A DNA stretch of 64,000 bases from a bacterium (GTDB lineage: Bacteria; Bacillota; Sulfobacillia; UBA995). Position 1 is the stretch's first letter. The number at the start of each line of letters is the position of its first letter. The notes under the pieces were generated by a model. It made no database searches. It was given only the letters and a program-made list of their open reading frames with translations, and had not been told where the DNA came from. Below, piece after piece: positions 54,826-64,000 of this stretch. Made by a program: the position numbers and the translations under genes. The DNA lies in contig JAVHLP010000005.1 in the NCBI GenBank assembly GCA_031082145.1, forward strand, positions 34,676-98,675, read 5' to 3'.

Positions 54826-55833
54826 TCATCCGGACTCCGCCACAAGCAGAGCGGCGAGCTCGTCGCGGACCACCCACAGGGCTCGGAGGATGCGAATCGC
54901 TTTCCGGGCTTCAGCGCCAGGGTCCGATCGCAGAGGGAGGGGGCCGGGAACATGGAGATCGGTTATGTAGCGGTAGATCAGCAGCGGGAGGACGGCCCTG
55001 GCCTCAGCGGCCGACAGCGGCCGGCTCCGGGCGTAGGCCTGGACTAGCCGGCTGACCGCGTCCAGGCGAATTGTGAGATCGGACCGGCTCCGGCGACATA
55101 GCATGTAGACCGCGCTGCCAACGTCGTAGGCGGGCGATTCCCAGCGCACGACATCGAAGTCCAATAGGCCGACGATCTGGTCGTTGCGGAATTTCAGATT
55201 CCGGCCGTGAACGTCACCCCAGACGAACTGCTTGGGGAGGGTGCCGTAGCCTGCAGCGCCGAGGGTTCCGGCCATCCAGCGCTGGACGGCAAGGGCGAAC
55301 TCAACGTCCTCCGGCGGGAGTGGGGACGAGCCAGTCCCGCTAAGCGATCCCCGCAGCAGATCCTCCCCCCGTTCGGACCACTCGGCATAACGGGGGAACC
55401 CCGACGGCTCCACGTAGCCAGGGATCTCGGCTCCCGCAAGACCGGCATGAAGGGTTCCCAGCAGGGTTCCTGCCGAGTCAAGCTGGCCCTGTGAGTTGTA
55501 GTCGTACTCCTCTCCGTCAACCCACGCGTAGACGGCCCACAGAAACCCGGCGTGGGCACTGAGGCTGTCTCCTCTACAGTTGGCCAGGATCGCCGGCACC
55601 GGGAAGCCAAGCCCGGCCAGAGTCTGGTGAAAGGCCATCTGGAAGCCCAGGCGGGCGGGGTTACGGTTGCGCAGGAAGCACCGGACGACCAGGCGCTCTG
55701 ACCCGGCCACCTCAAGCACCCAATTAGGGTTCATGACGCTGCCGGGAAGTGGTGAGACACGGACTTGACCACTGATGCCGTACTCCTGATCAAGAAGGTC
55801 GCGGGCGGTGGCGTCGGTGACGGGGAAGGCCAT
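54826..55833 (-). CDS. Phosphotransferase (APH/choline-kinase fold)
   Basis: WGDVHGRNLKF...GLLDFD Brenner/DFD motifs. ATG 55833 follows GGAGGGA. Confidence 0.85.
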   Translation of the reverse strand: MAFPVTDATARDLLDQEYGISGQVRVSPLPGSVMNPNWVLEVAGSERLVVRCFLRNRNPARLGFQMAFHQTLAGLGFPVPAILANCRGDSLSAHAGFLWAVYAWVDGEEYDYNSQGQLDSAGTLLGTLHAGLAGAEIPGYVEPSGFPRYAEWSERGEDLLRGSLSGTGSSPLPPEDVEFALAVQRWMAGTLGAAGYGTLPKQFVWGDVHGRNLKFRNDQIVGLLDFDVVRWESPAYDVGSAVYMLCRRSRSDLTIRLDAVSRLVQAYARSRPLSAAEARAVLPLLIYRYITDLHVPGPLPLRSDPGAEARKAIRILRALWVVRDELAALLVAESG

Positions 55834-56023
55834 ATGATCCCTCCATATCCGGTATTGGCCGCAGGAGACGGATGTCCTTCCCCGGTGGTACCCCCGCGAA
55901 CGGCTCCAGCTGCCTGGCCACCACCCCCGCAAGGCCCGGTAGCTCGTGTCTGGCCGCCCCGGCAGGGACTACCCTCCCCGGCGTCAAAGGGGACCGACAC
56001 CTACGGCCAGATGAGGTGCGTCC

Positions 56024-56770
56024 ATGGACCTGGGACTCAAGGGCAAGGTAGCTCTCGTTACCGGTGGCAGCAGGATGATCGGGTACAACATCGCCCGCCG
56101 TCTGGGGCTGGAAGGGGCCAAGGTCGCGATCTGCGCCCGGGGAGAGACCGCCCTTCTCAGGGCCACCGAGAAGTTGAGAGCCGAGGGCGTCGACGTCTGG
56201 GGCAGGGTCACCGACGTGTCAGAACCGGAGCAGGTGCGCAGTCTCGTCGCGGAGGTGGTGAACCGTTTCGGGGGCCTCGGCATCCTGATCAACAACCCCG
56301 GCGGCTACGTCAAACCGGGGCCCTTCAGCTCGGTGGAGCCGCAGCACTGGCGCAGGGGGTTTGAGGTCAACGTCGTCACCGTGGTGTCGGTGACTCAGGA
56401 AGCTCTTCCGCACCTCAAGGCGGACGAGTGGGGGCGGGTTGTGAACATGGGCGCCTTCTACCTCGCTCCCGGCGTCCCAAAGCTGCTGAACGAGATGGCC
56501 GAGAACGTCGTGGCCAAGATCTCTGTCTCGGCCCTGACCAAGGTTATGGCCGAGGAGTTGGCCCCGTCGGTGACCGTCAACTGCATCGCCCCCGGTCCGG
56601 TGGGAGCCGACCACCCCATGCGGGGCTGGTGTGACGGGTTCCCCGTCCCCCGGCCGGCCGATCCCTCCGAGATAGCCGACCTCGTCGCCTTCCTCTGCTC
56701 CCGCCAGGCGGGGTACCTTACCGGCCTCACCGTGCCCTTTGACGGCGGGGACACGCGCCGGGTGGTGTAA
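56024..56770 (+). CDS. SDR family oxidoreductase
   Basis: VALVTGGSRMIGYNIA Rossmann motif, and NNPG. Confidence 0.85.
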   Translation: MDLGLKGKVALVTGGSRMIGYNIARRLGLEGAKVAICARGETALLRATEKLRAEGVDVWGRVTDVSEPEQVRSLVAEVVNRFGGLGILINNPGGYVKPGPFSSVEPQHWRRGFEVNVVTVVSVTQEALPHLKADEWGRVVNMGAFYLAPGVPKLLNEMAENVVAKISVSALTKVMAEELAPSVTVNCIAPGPVGADHPMRGWCDGFPVPRPADPSEIADLVAFLCSRQAGYLTGLTVPFDGGDTRRVV

Positions 56771-56823
56771 GGCCGGGCATCGGATGCGCCCGGCGAGTTG
56801 CCGCGGCAGGGCGGGGGCCTGAT

Positions 56824-56853
56824 TTGACATCCTCTTCTCCCCTCTGCTACAGT
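56824..56853 (+). promoter_or_regulatory. Candidate sigma-A promoter of the glyQS leader (TTGACA-18-TACAGT)
   Basis: -35 TTGACA at 56824-56829 and -10 TACAGT at 56848-56853. Confidence 0.55.
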
Positions 56854-56859
56854 TAGGCA

Positions 56860-57089
56860 AGAGAACGTGGGCGGTGACGGAGAGGAGTAGCCGGAAGGGC
56901 GCTGTTCAGCGAGCCGGAGATGAGGGTGGGAAGTCCGGCCGGTTGCCCCCGGTGAAGGCGCTCCCGAGCCCCAGGAGGAAACCCCGCCTGCCGGGGGAGT
57001 AAAGCCTGGATAATTGAGGGGCCGCCGCACGGCGGCAACCAGGGTGGAACCGCGGGGTGTCTCCCGTCCCTGGAAGGGGCGGGAGATTT
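56860..57089 (+). promoter_or_regulatory. T-box leader (Gly, GGC specifier) controlling glyQS
   Basis: - Stem I elements: GTGACGG, AGTAG, AG bulge AGCGAG, distal loop AGGGTGGGAA.
- Specifier GAA-GGC-G, with GGC at 56957-56959.
- Short Stem III GCCGCCG-cac-GGCGGC.
- T-box GGGTGGAACCGCG at 57042-57054 (UGGA matches U73 of tRNA-Gly). Confidence 0.9.
57060..57089 (+). terminator. Terminator of the glyQS T-box
   Basis: 11-bp stem TCTCCCGTCCC/GGGGCGGGAGA followed by a short TTT tract. Confidence 0.7.
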
Positions 57090-57112
57090 GACTTGCACGG
57101 GAGGTGCTCGGG

Positions 57113-57988
57113 ATGACCTTTCAGGACATCATCGCCCGGTTGCACCAGTTCTGGGCCGAACAGGGCTGCGCCGTGGTCCAGGCGTACGATGTGGAGACCG
57201 GGGCGGGCACCATGCACCCCGCCACCTTCCTGCGGGTGCTCGGGCCCGAGCCCTGGAAGGTCGCCTACGTGCAGCCTTGCCGGCGCCCGGCGGACGGTCG
57301 CTACGGCGACAATCCTAACCGGTTGTACCAGCACCACCAGTACCAGGTGATCCTCAAGCCATCCCCGGATGACGTTCAGCAACTGTACCTGGAGAGCCTG
57401 GAGGCTCTGGGATTGCGGCTGCGGGAACATGACGTGCGTTTTGTGGAGGACAACTGGGAGGCTCCCACCCTGGCCGCATGGGGCCTGGGCTGGGAGGTGT
57501 GGCTGGACAGCCTGGAGATCACCCAGTTCACCTATTTCCAGCAGGTCGGGGGATACGACTGCCGTCCCATCCCGGTGGAGCTGGCCTACGGTTTGGAGCG
57601 GCTTGCTGCCTACCTGCAGGAAGTGGACAGCGTGTATGACCTGACCTGGTCCGAGGGACTCACTTACCGCGACCTCTTTCACCGGGCCGAGGTCGAGCAC
57701 TCGACCTACTCCCTAAAGGAAGCCGATCCGGCGGCCCTGGGACGCCTCTTTGAGCTTGCCGAGGTCGAGGCCGGACGAGCGCTGGAGTGCGGGCTGGTGC
57801 TCCCCGCCTACGACCACGTACTGCGCTGCTCCCATAGCTTCAACATCCTGGACGCCCGGGGAGTCATGGGTGTGGCCCAGCGGGCGGCCATGCTCGGCCG
57901 GGTGCAGCGGTTGGCCCGGCAGTGTGCCCAGGTTCATCTCAAGCATCGCGAAGCGGCGGGCTACCCGCTGCTCCGGCAGTACGCCTAG
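57113..57988 (+). CDS. glyQ: Glycine--tRNA ligase alpha subunit
   Basis: [19 protein letters not shown] is the canonical GlyQ N-terminus. ATG 57113 follows GGGAGGTG. Confidence 0.95.
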   Translation: MTFQDIIARLHQFWAEQGCAVVQAYDVETGAGTMHPATFLRVLGPEPWKVAYVQPCRRPADGRYGDNPNRLYQHHQYQVILKPSPDDVQQLYLESLEALGLRLREHDVRFVEDNWEAPTLAAWGLGWEVWLDSLEITQFTYFQQVGGYDCRPIPVELAYGLERLAAYLQEVDSVYDLTWSEGLTYRDLFHRAEVEHSTYSLKEADPAALGRLFELAEVEAGRALECGLVLPAYDHVLRCSHSFNILDARGVMGVAQRAAMLGRVQRLARQCAQVHLKHREAAGYPLLRQYA

Positions 57989-57994
57989 GGGGTT

Positions 57995-60061
57995 GTGGAC
58001 GTGCCTGTCGAGGACCTGGTTTTCGAGATCGGCACCGAGGAGATTCCCTCTCGCCTGCTGGGCGAGGCGCTGGTGCAGTTGGCGGAGGTGGCCGCTCGGA
58101 GACTGGCGGAGGCCAGACTGGGCCACGGCGCCTTGCGGGCCGTGGGCACTCCCCGGCGGCTGGCCCTGCTCGTGGACGGGGTGGCTCCTGCCCAGGAGGA
58201 CCTCCTGACCGAGGTGAAAGGGCCTCCTGTTCGTGCCGCCTTCGACGGCGAAGGGAAGCCCACCCCGGCGGCCGAGGGGTTTGCCCGCGGCCAAGGGCTG
58301 GCGGTCTCCGAGCTGGTGGCCCGCGACAACTATGTTTACGCCGTCCGCCGGGAACCGGGGCGGCCGGCTCGTGAGGTCTTGGCCCGGTTGCTGCCTGACA
58401 TCGTGACCGGCCTGGAGTTCGCCCGGCCGATGCGCTGGGGGACCGGGGAAACCAAGTTCGTCCGCCCCATCCGGTGGCTCCTGACCCTGCTAGGTGACCA
58501 GGTAGTGGAGTTCGAGTTCGCGGGGCTGGCTTCCAGCCGCTGGACCGGCGGGCACCGCTTCCTGGGGCCGGGGCCGCACGAGGTTGACAGCGCTCGGGAT
58601 TACCTGGCGGTCATGCGGCGGGCCCGGGTGATCGTCGATCCCGAGGCAAGGCGGGACCAGGTTCGGGAGCAGGTCGAGAAGGCCGGCCGCGAGGCCAACG
58701 GCGTTGTCTTCTGGGTTCCGGGGTTATTGGACGAGGTGGCCGGCCTGGTCGAATACCCCACCGCCCTGACCGGCCGCTTCGACGCTGGTTACCTGGAACT
58801 GCCCCGCGAGTTGCTGGTCACGGTCATGCGGCATCACCAGCGGTGCTTCCCGGTGGAGGACCGGGCGGGCCGGTTGCTGCCCGCCTTTGTCGCCGTCCGC
58901 TGCGGTGATGGCCGGGGCCGGGAGCGGGTGGTCCGGGGCAACGAGGGGGTGTTGCGGGCCCGGTTGGCCGACGCTCGTTTCTTCTTCCGGGAAGACCTGC
59001 AGACCCCACTGGAATCGCTCTTGCCCCGGCTGGACGAGATGGTTTTTGCCGAGGGCTTGGGGACCATGGGCGACCGGGTAGCCCGCATCGTGGCCCTAAC
59101 CGGCTACCTGGCCCATGAACTGGAGCTTGGCGAGCGGGAGACCGCCGTCGCGGTGCGGGCCGCCCAACTCGCCAAGGCCGACCTGGCCACCCGCATGGTC
59201 TACGAGTACCCGGAGCTGGAAGGGGTCATGGGAGGGGAGTACGCGCTACGGTCAGGCGAGGACGCGGAGGTGGCTCAGGCCATACGCGAGCACTACCTCC
59301 CCCGTACGGCTACCGGCGACCTTCCCGCGTCGGTGCCCGGGGCCGTTGTCGGCTTGGCCGACCGTCTCGACGCCCTAGTCGCCTTCTTCGGCTCCGGTGT
59401 CGAAGCTACCGGCTCCCAGGATCCCCTCGGCCAGCGGCGGCTGGGCGCCGGGGCGATCCGGCTGCTGACGGCATCCCTGCCGGGACTGCCCCTACGGCGG
59501 GCGATCGCCCGGGCGGGAGAGGCGCAGCGGCTACCGGCCGGCGAGCACGAAGCCCGGCTGCTCGACTTCCTGCTGGTACGCTTCAAGTCGCTCCTGGCCG
59601 AGGAGGGATTCCGGCCAGATGTAGTGGAGGCTGTTCTGGCAGCCGGGGTCGACCCTCTCGACCAGGCCCTGGCCCGGATTCGGGCCTTGACCCGCTTCCA
59701 GAGCTCCCCTCTCTCTGTCGATCTGACCGCCGCCCACACTCGAGTCTCGGGCCTGGCGCGGCGGGCGCCGGCGGGCCGCGAGGTCAACCCCGCGACCTTC
59801 ACGGAGCGGGTGGAGCGGGATCTCCACCGGGCATTCGTGAATGCCCGGCAGGGCGCCCTACCCCTGCTGGAGCGGGGGGCATACGAGGACTTCTGGTCTT
59901 GCCTGGCCCGCTTGCGGGGGCCGGTGGACGCGTTCTTCGACGGGGTCATGGTAATGGTGGACGACGCCGGTCTTCGCGACAACCGGCTCGCCCTGCTGCG
60001 AGACATCGCCGGGCTCATGACCACCGCGGCCGATCTGGGCCGCCTGGCCGGGGACGGCTAG
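57995..60061 (+). CDS. glyS: Glycine--tRNA ligase beta subunit
   Basis: LVFEIGTEEIP N-terminus, 688 aa, immediately downstream of glyQ. Confidence 0.95.
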   Translation: MDVPVEDLVFEIGTEEIPSRLLGEALVQLAEVAARRLAEARLGHGALRAVGTPRRLALLVDGVAPAQEDLLTEVKGPPVRAAFDGEGKPTPAAEGFARGQGLAVSELVARDNYVYAVRREPGRPAREVLARLLPDIVTGLEFARPMRWGTGETKFVRPIRWLLTLLGDQVVEFEFAGLASSRWTGGHRFLGPGPHEVDSARDYLAVMRRARVIVDPEARRDQVREQVEKAGREANGVVFWVPGLLDEVAGLVEYPTALTGRFDAGYLELPRELLVTVMRHHQRCFPVEDRAGRLLPAFVAVRCGDGRGRERVVRGNEGVLRARLADARFFFREDLQTPLESLLPRLDEMVFAEGLGTMGDRVARIVALTGYLAHELELGERETAVAVRAAQLAKADLATRMVYEYPELEGVMGGEYALRSGEDAEVAQAIREHYLPRTATGDLPASVPGAVVGLADRLDALVAFFGSGVEATGSQDPLGQRRLGAGAIRLLTASLPGLPLRRAIARAGEAQRLPAGEHEARLLDFLLVRFKSLLAEEGFRPDVVEAVLAAGVDPLDQALARIRALTRFQSSPLSVDLTAAHTRVSGLARRAPAGREVNPATFTERVERDLHRAFVNARQGALPLLERGAYEDFWSCLARLRGPVDAFFDGVMVMVDDAGLRDNRLALLRDIAGLMTTAADLGRLAGDG

Positions 60062-60124
60062 CCGGGAAGGAACCGTCCCGTCCCTGCAGAAACAGGACGG
60101 TGGCAGGCGGGGGAGGACGGGTTC

Positions 60125-60967
60125 ATGAGCCATGATAGCGAAGTTGGCCGGGGGCGACCGGGCTCCATCTTCGTCGTATCCGACTCTATCGGCGAGACGG
60201 CGGAGCTGGTCACCAGGGCGGCCGCCAGCCAGTTTGACAGCGGCCGCTTTCCCATCCGGCGATTTCCCTACGTGTCGGACACGGCCTCGCTGCTGGAGAT
60301 CATCAACGAGGCCCGTGCCGGCAACGTCGTGATCGTCTACACGCTGGTGGAACCGCGTCTACGGGACACCATGCGGGAAGCCGCGCATACCCTGGGCATT
60401 CCTACCGCGGACATCATGGGCCCGGTCATGGAAGCCATCGCCCGGGTTACCGAGATGGCGCCCCGCTTGGAGCCGGGATTGACCCGACGACTGGACGAGG
60501 AGTACTTCCGTCGCGTCGAGGCGGTGGAATTCGCGGTCAACCAGGATGACGGGAAGAACCCGCGGGGGCTGGAGAGCGCCGATTGCGTCCTGCTGGGCAT
60601 CTCGCGCGTCTCCAAGACCCCGGTCTGCATGTACCTGGCTCGCCGGGGCGTAAAGGCCGCCAACTTCCCCCTCATCCCCGAGGTCGAACTTCCCCCCGAG
60701 ATCGTGTCTTTGCCCTCCTCGCGGCTGATCGGGCTGACCGCCGATGCCCAGTACATCCTGGACATCCGGCGCCAGCGGGCAAAGGTGATCGGCCTCCGGC
60801 CGGGAGCGCCGTACGCCGAGATGGACCGCATACTTAAGGAGTTGGAGTATGCGGACGAGGTGTTCCGCCGGCTGGGCTGCCACGTGATCGACATGACGCG
60901 GATGGCCATCGAGGAGACGGCCTCCCGCATCCTCGAGTTCCTGCGGAAAGGGGAGAACTCGGTTTGA
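60125..60967 (+). CDS. Pyruvate, phosphate dikinase regulatory protein (kinase/pyrophosphorylase, DUF299)
   Basis: FVVSDSIGETAE and GISRVSKTPVCMYLA P-loop motifs. Its end overlaps the ppdK start. Confidence 0.9.
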   Translation: MSHDSEVGRGRPGSIFVVSDSIGETAELVTRAAASQFDSGRFPIRRFPYVSDTASLLEIINEARAGNVVIVYTLVEPRLRDTMREAAHTLGIPTADIMGPVMEAIARVTEMAPRLEPGLTRRLDEEYFRRVEAVEFAVNQDDGKNPRGLESADCVLLGISRVSKTPVCMYLARRGVKAANFPLIPEVELPPEIVSLPSSRLIGLTADAQYILDIRRQRAKVIGLRPGAPYAEMDRILKELEYADEVFRRLGCHVIDMTRMAIEETASRILEFLRKGENSV

Positions 60968-63573
60968 CCAGCCGTTACGTCTTCCGCTTCCAGGACGGCC
61001 GGGCAGACAGGCGCGAGATCCTGGGCGGGAAGGGGGCCAACCTCGCCGAGATGTCCCGTCTGGGATTGCCGGTTCCCCCCGGCTTCACCATCAGCACGGC
61101 CGCCTGCCGCGACTACTACCGGGAAGGCCGGCAGTTCCCGGCCGGCCTCCAGGAAGAGGTTGATCAGGCCCTTGAGGAACTGGAGGGAACGCTTGGCCGG
61201 AAGCTGGGCGCGGCCCGCGATCCGCTGCTGGTCTCGGTTCGATCCGGGGCCGCCGCTTCCATGCCGGGCATGATGGACACCATCTTGAATCTAGGCCTCA
61301 ATCCACGAGCCGGCGAGGGTCTGGCGCAGGTTGCCGGCGACCGGGCTTTCGCCTTGGACTGTCAGCGCCGCTTCGTGCAGATGTTCTCCGACGTGGTGCT
61401 CTCTATCCCCCACAAGCTGTTTGAGGAGATCCTGGCCGCCCGCCGGGAGCTGGAGGGCGTCAAGCACGATCGCGAGTTAGACGAGGAGGCCCTGCAGGCG
61501 GTGGTCGAGGGGTTCCTCTCACTGGTGCGGGAGAAGACCGGTCGCCCGTTTCCCGAAGATCCCCGCGAGCAACTGCGGCTGGCCGTGAGAGCGGTCTTCG
61601 AGTCCTGGAACAATCAGCGGGCCATCATCTACCGAGAACTGCACGGCATCCCTCACGACCTGGGGACGGCGGTCAACGTTCAGGCTATGGTGTTCGGCAA
61701 CCGGGGCTCCGATTCCGGTACCGGCGTCCTCTTTACGCGGAATCCGTCCACCGGCGAGACCGGGCTATACGGAGAGTACCTGCTGAATGCCCAGGGGGAG
61801 GACGTGGTGGCCGGCATCCGCACCCCCCGGCCGATCACCGAGCTGGCCGGCGAATGGCCGGAAGTCTACGCCGAGTTGGAGCGGTACGCCGGTCTACTGG
61901 AAGCCCACTACCGCGACCTGCAGGACATTGAGTTCACCGTAGAGCAAGGCAAGCTGTACATCCTGCAGACCCGAGCCGGTAAGCGGACTGCCGCGGCATC
62001 GATCCGGGTGGCGGTTGACCTCGTCGGGGAGGGCCGCATCAGCCGGGAAGAGGCCCTCCAGCGGGTGGACCCGGAGAGCATCGATCGTCTCCTTCATCCC
62101 GCCATCGATCCCCGGGCCCGGCTGGAAGTGCTTGCCACCGGCCTTCCGGCTTCCCCCGGCGCGGCCACCGGTCGAGTGACCCTCGACTCTGACGCGGCCC
62201 AAGCCCTGGCCGAGGCGGGTGAGAAGGTCCTCCTGGTCCGGCCGGAGACCACGCCCGACGACATCCACGGCATCGTGGCCGCGCAGGGAGTGTTGACCAG
62301 CCGGGGTGGGATGACCTGCCACGCCGCCATCGTCGCCCGCGGCATGGGCAAGCCGTGCGTGGTGGGGTGCGAGGCGATCCACTTCCACCCCGACGGTGGG
62401 GGCTTCCGGATCGGCGGCGAGCCGGTGCGGGAGGGCGACCTCCTCTCCATCGACGGCTCCACCGGCAGGGTCATGCGGGGCGAGGTGCCGCTGGTCCAGC
62501 CGGATCTCTCGCCGGCTTTCCGGACCTTGCTGGAGTGGGCCGACGCCGTGCGGGAGCTAGGGGTCAGGGCCAACGCCGATACGCCTGCGGACGCTGCCCG
62601 GGCCCGGGAGTTCGGGGCCCAGGGGATCGGCCTCTGCCGGACCGAGCATATGTTCATGGCCCAGGACCGTCTACCGGTGGTGCAGGCCATGATCCTGGCC
62701 GAGACGGCCGAAGAGCGCGGGAAAGCCCTGGATCGGCTGCTACCGATGCAACGGGGGGACTTCGAGGGCATCCTGGAGGCCATGCAGGGGCTGCCGGTGA
62801 CCATCCGGCTACTCGACCCTCCCCTGCACGAGTTCTTGCCTGACCCCGACGAACTCGAGACACCCGATGACAAGCGCCGGGCCCGCGCCCTGCAGGAGGC
62901 CAACCCCATGCTCGGGCACCGCGGGGTGCGGCTGGGCATCTCCCACCCCGAGATCTACGCCATGCAGGCCCGGGCCATCTTCGAGGCGACGGTCACACTG
63001 GTCGAACGCGGCATTGATGCCCGCCCCGAGGTCATGATCCCCCTCGTGGGCCTGGAAGGTGAGCTGGCCTCAACCCGGGAGCAGGTGGAGAAGGTGGCGG
63101 CCGAGGTGATGGCGGCCCGGGGGGTCACCTTTGAGTACCTGGTGGGCACCATGATCGAGGTGCCCCGGGCCTGCCTGGTGGCAGACGCCATCGCCGCCCG
63201 GGCCGATTTCTTCTCCTTCGGGACCAACGACCTGACGCAGACCACCTTCGGGTTCAGCCGCGACGACGCCGAGGCCAAGTTCCTCCACTGCTACCTCAAT
63301 GCCGGCATCCTGAAGGACAACCCCTTCATGGTGCTGGACGCCGACGGTGTGGGAAGCCTGGTCCGGATGGCGGTGGAGGGGGGCCGCCGGGGCCGGCCCG
63401 GGCTGAAGATCGGGGTGTGTGGTGAGCACGGGGGAGACCCCGCCTCCATCGCCTTCTTCCACCAAGCGGGCCTGGATTACGTGAGTTGCTCGCCCTTCCG
63501 GGTGCCCATCGCCCGGCTGGCCGCCGCGCAGGCGACCCTTCAGGGGCGAGAAGCTTGGCGGGCCGGGGTTTGA
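60964..63573 (+). CDS. ppdK: Pyruvate, phosphate dikinase
   Basis: GGKGANLAEM ATP-grasp motif, phosphohistidine region GGMTCHAAIVARGMGKP, and the PEP/pyruvate domain. Confidence 0.95.
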   Translation: MTSRYVFRFQDGRADRREILGGKGANLAEMSRLGLPVPPGFTISTAACRDYYREGRQFPAGLQEEVDQALEELEGTLGRKLGAARDPLLVSVRSGAAASMPGMMDTILNLGLNPRAGEGLAQVAGDRAFALDCQRRFVQMFSDVVLSIPHKLFEEILAARRELEGVKHDRELDEEALQAVVEGFLSLVREKTGRPFPEDPREQLRLAVRAVFESWNNQRAIIYRELHGIPHDLGTAVNVQAMVFGNRGSDSGTGVLFTRNPSTGETGLYGEYLLNAQGEDVVAGIRTPRPITELAGEWPEVYAELERYAGLLEAHYRDLQDIEFTVEQGKLYILQTRAGKRTAAASIRVAVDLVGEGRISREEALQRVDPESIDRLLHPAIDPRARLEVLATGLPASPGAATGRVTLDSDAAQALAEAGEKVLLVRPETTPDDIHGIVAAQGVLTSRGGMTCHAAIVARGMGKPCVVGCEAIHFHPDGGGFRIGGEPVREGDLLSIDGSTGRVMRGEVPLVQPDLSPAFRTLLEWADAVRELGVRANADTPADAARAREFGAQGIGLCRTEHMFMAQDRLPVVQAMILAETAEERGKALDRLLPMQRGDFEGILEAMQGLPVTIRLLDPPLHEFLPDPDELETPDDKRRARALQEANPMLGHRGVRLGISHPEIYAMQARAIFEATVTLVERGIDARPEVMIPLVGLEGELASTREQVEKVAAEVMAARGVTFEYLVGTMIEVPRACLVADAIAARADFFSFGTNDLTQTTFGFSRDDAEAKFLHCYLNAGILKDNPFMVLDADGVGSLVRMAVEGGRRGRPGLKIGVCGEHGGDPASIAFFHQAGLDYVSCSPFRVPIARLAAAQATLQGREAWRAGV

Positions 63574-63574
63574 C

Positions 63575-64000
63575 TCAGGGCCGCAGCCCGGCCAGGAATA
63601 CGTACAGCAGGAGCAGGGGGGCGAGGTAGCCGACGGCCAGGGCCCAGGCCTTCCCGCCGGGGAACTTGGCCGCTCCCCGCTCGAGCTCGGCCCGTGCCTG
63701 CCCCGTCCCCCAGATCCAGCCCACGAAGACGGCCGTGAAGAGGCCGGCCAGGGGCAGCAGGACGTTGGAGGCGGCGAAATCGACGAACTCCAGGACGTTC
63801 CGGCCCAACGGGCGAATTGCCGCCAGGACCCCCGGGGCCAGCGCCGAAGGTATCCCCAGGATCAGAACTATCACCACTCCCAGCACGGCGGCCCGGTTCC
63901 GGCCCAGCCTCCGCCCTGCTAAGAGGTAGGCGATGAAGGTCTCCAACATGGCCACGGCCGAGGTCAGGGCAGCCGCGTACAGCATCAGGAAGAAGAGCCC
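63575..64000 (-). CDS. Sodium-dependent transporter (SNF family), C-terminal part (5' end lies outside the window)
   Basis: C-terminal TM helices with LLPLAGLFTAVFVGWIWG, typical of bacterial NSS/SNF proteins. The frame stays open to the window edge. Confidence 0.78.
   Translation of the reverse strand, partial: GLFFLMLYAAALTSAVAMLETFIAYLLAGRRLGRNRAAVLGVVIVLILGIPSALAPGVLAAIRPLGRNVLEFVDFAASNVLLPLAGLFTAVFVGWIWGTGQARAELERGAAKFPGGKAWALAVGYLAPLLLLYVFLAGLRP

Overview
This is a GC-rich bacterial chromosome segment (roughly two-thirds G+C by eye, not computed) that is almost fully coding. The gene order matches an endospore-forming Firmicute with a Bacillus yqe/yqf-type backbone. In order it runs rpmA-spo0B-obg; nadD-RRM protein-yqeK-LCP-rsfS; T-box-leuS; comEA ... 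comEC; holA; rpsT; spoIIP; CIRCE-hrcA-dnaJ-prmA-mtaB; ddl; HIT; rpsU-yqeY-yqfC-yqfD-phoH-pgpH-ybeY-dgkA; cdd-era-recO; T-box-glyQS; PDRP-ppdK. About 17 kb of non-backbone genes sit between comEA and comEC. These include a DUF401 permease with a decayed tandem copy, a class-III aminotransferase, a TPP riboswitch-thiT-thiamine pyrophosphokinase unit, an 11-gene Mbh/Mbx-style Mrp (CPA3) cluster, plsY, feoAB, an SDR and an ADP-ribosylglycohydrolase. RNA and regulatory elements visible in the sequence are one tRNA-Ala(GGC), two T-box leaders, one TPP riboswitch, one CIRCE operator, several near-consensus sigma-A promoters and a few intrinsic terminators. I found no rRNA, CRISPR array, transposase, integrase or phage block. 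The most unusual observation is that tRNA-Ala lies inside the leuS T-box leader, bracketed by a helix at the Stem III position, between the Stem I/II sensing domain and the antiterminator/terminator. Other points worth a second look are listed below.
- The Mrp cluster has three MrpD paralogs and an embedded thioredoxin-like [2Fe-2S] ferredoxin, but no hydrogenase or Nuo catalytic module.
- A Spo0B-type phosphotransferase sits between rpmA and obg.
- hrcA is followed directly by dnaJ, with no grpE-dnaK.
- Three conserved genes (rpsT, thiamine pyrophosphokinase, recO) have conserved N-termini that can only be reached from CUG or another non-canonical start.
All protein calls come from reading the supplied translations against remembered family motifs. 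No database search was run.
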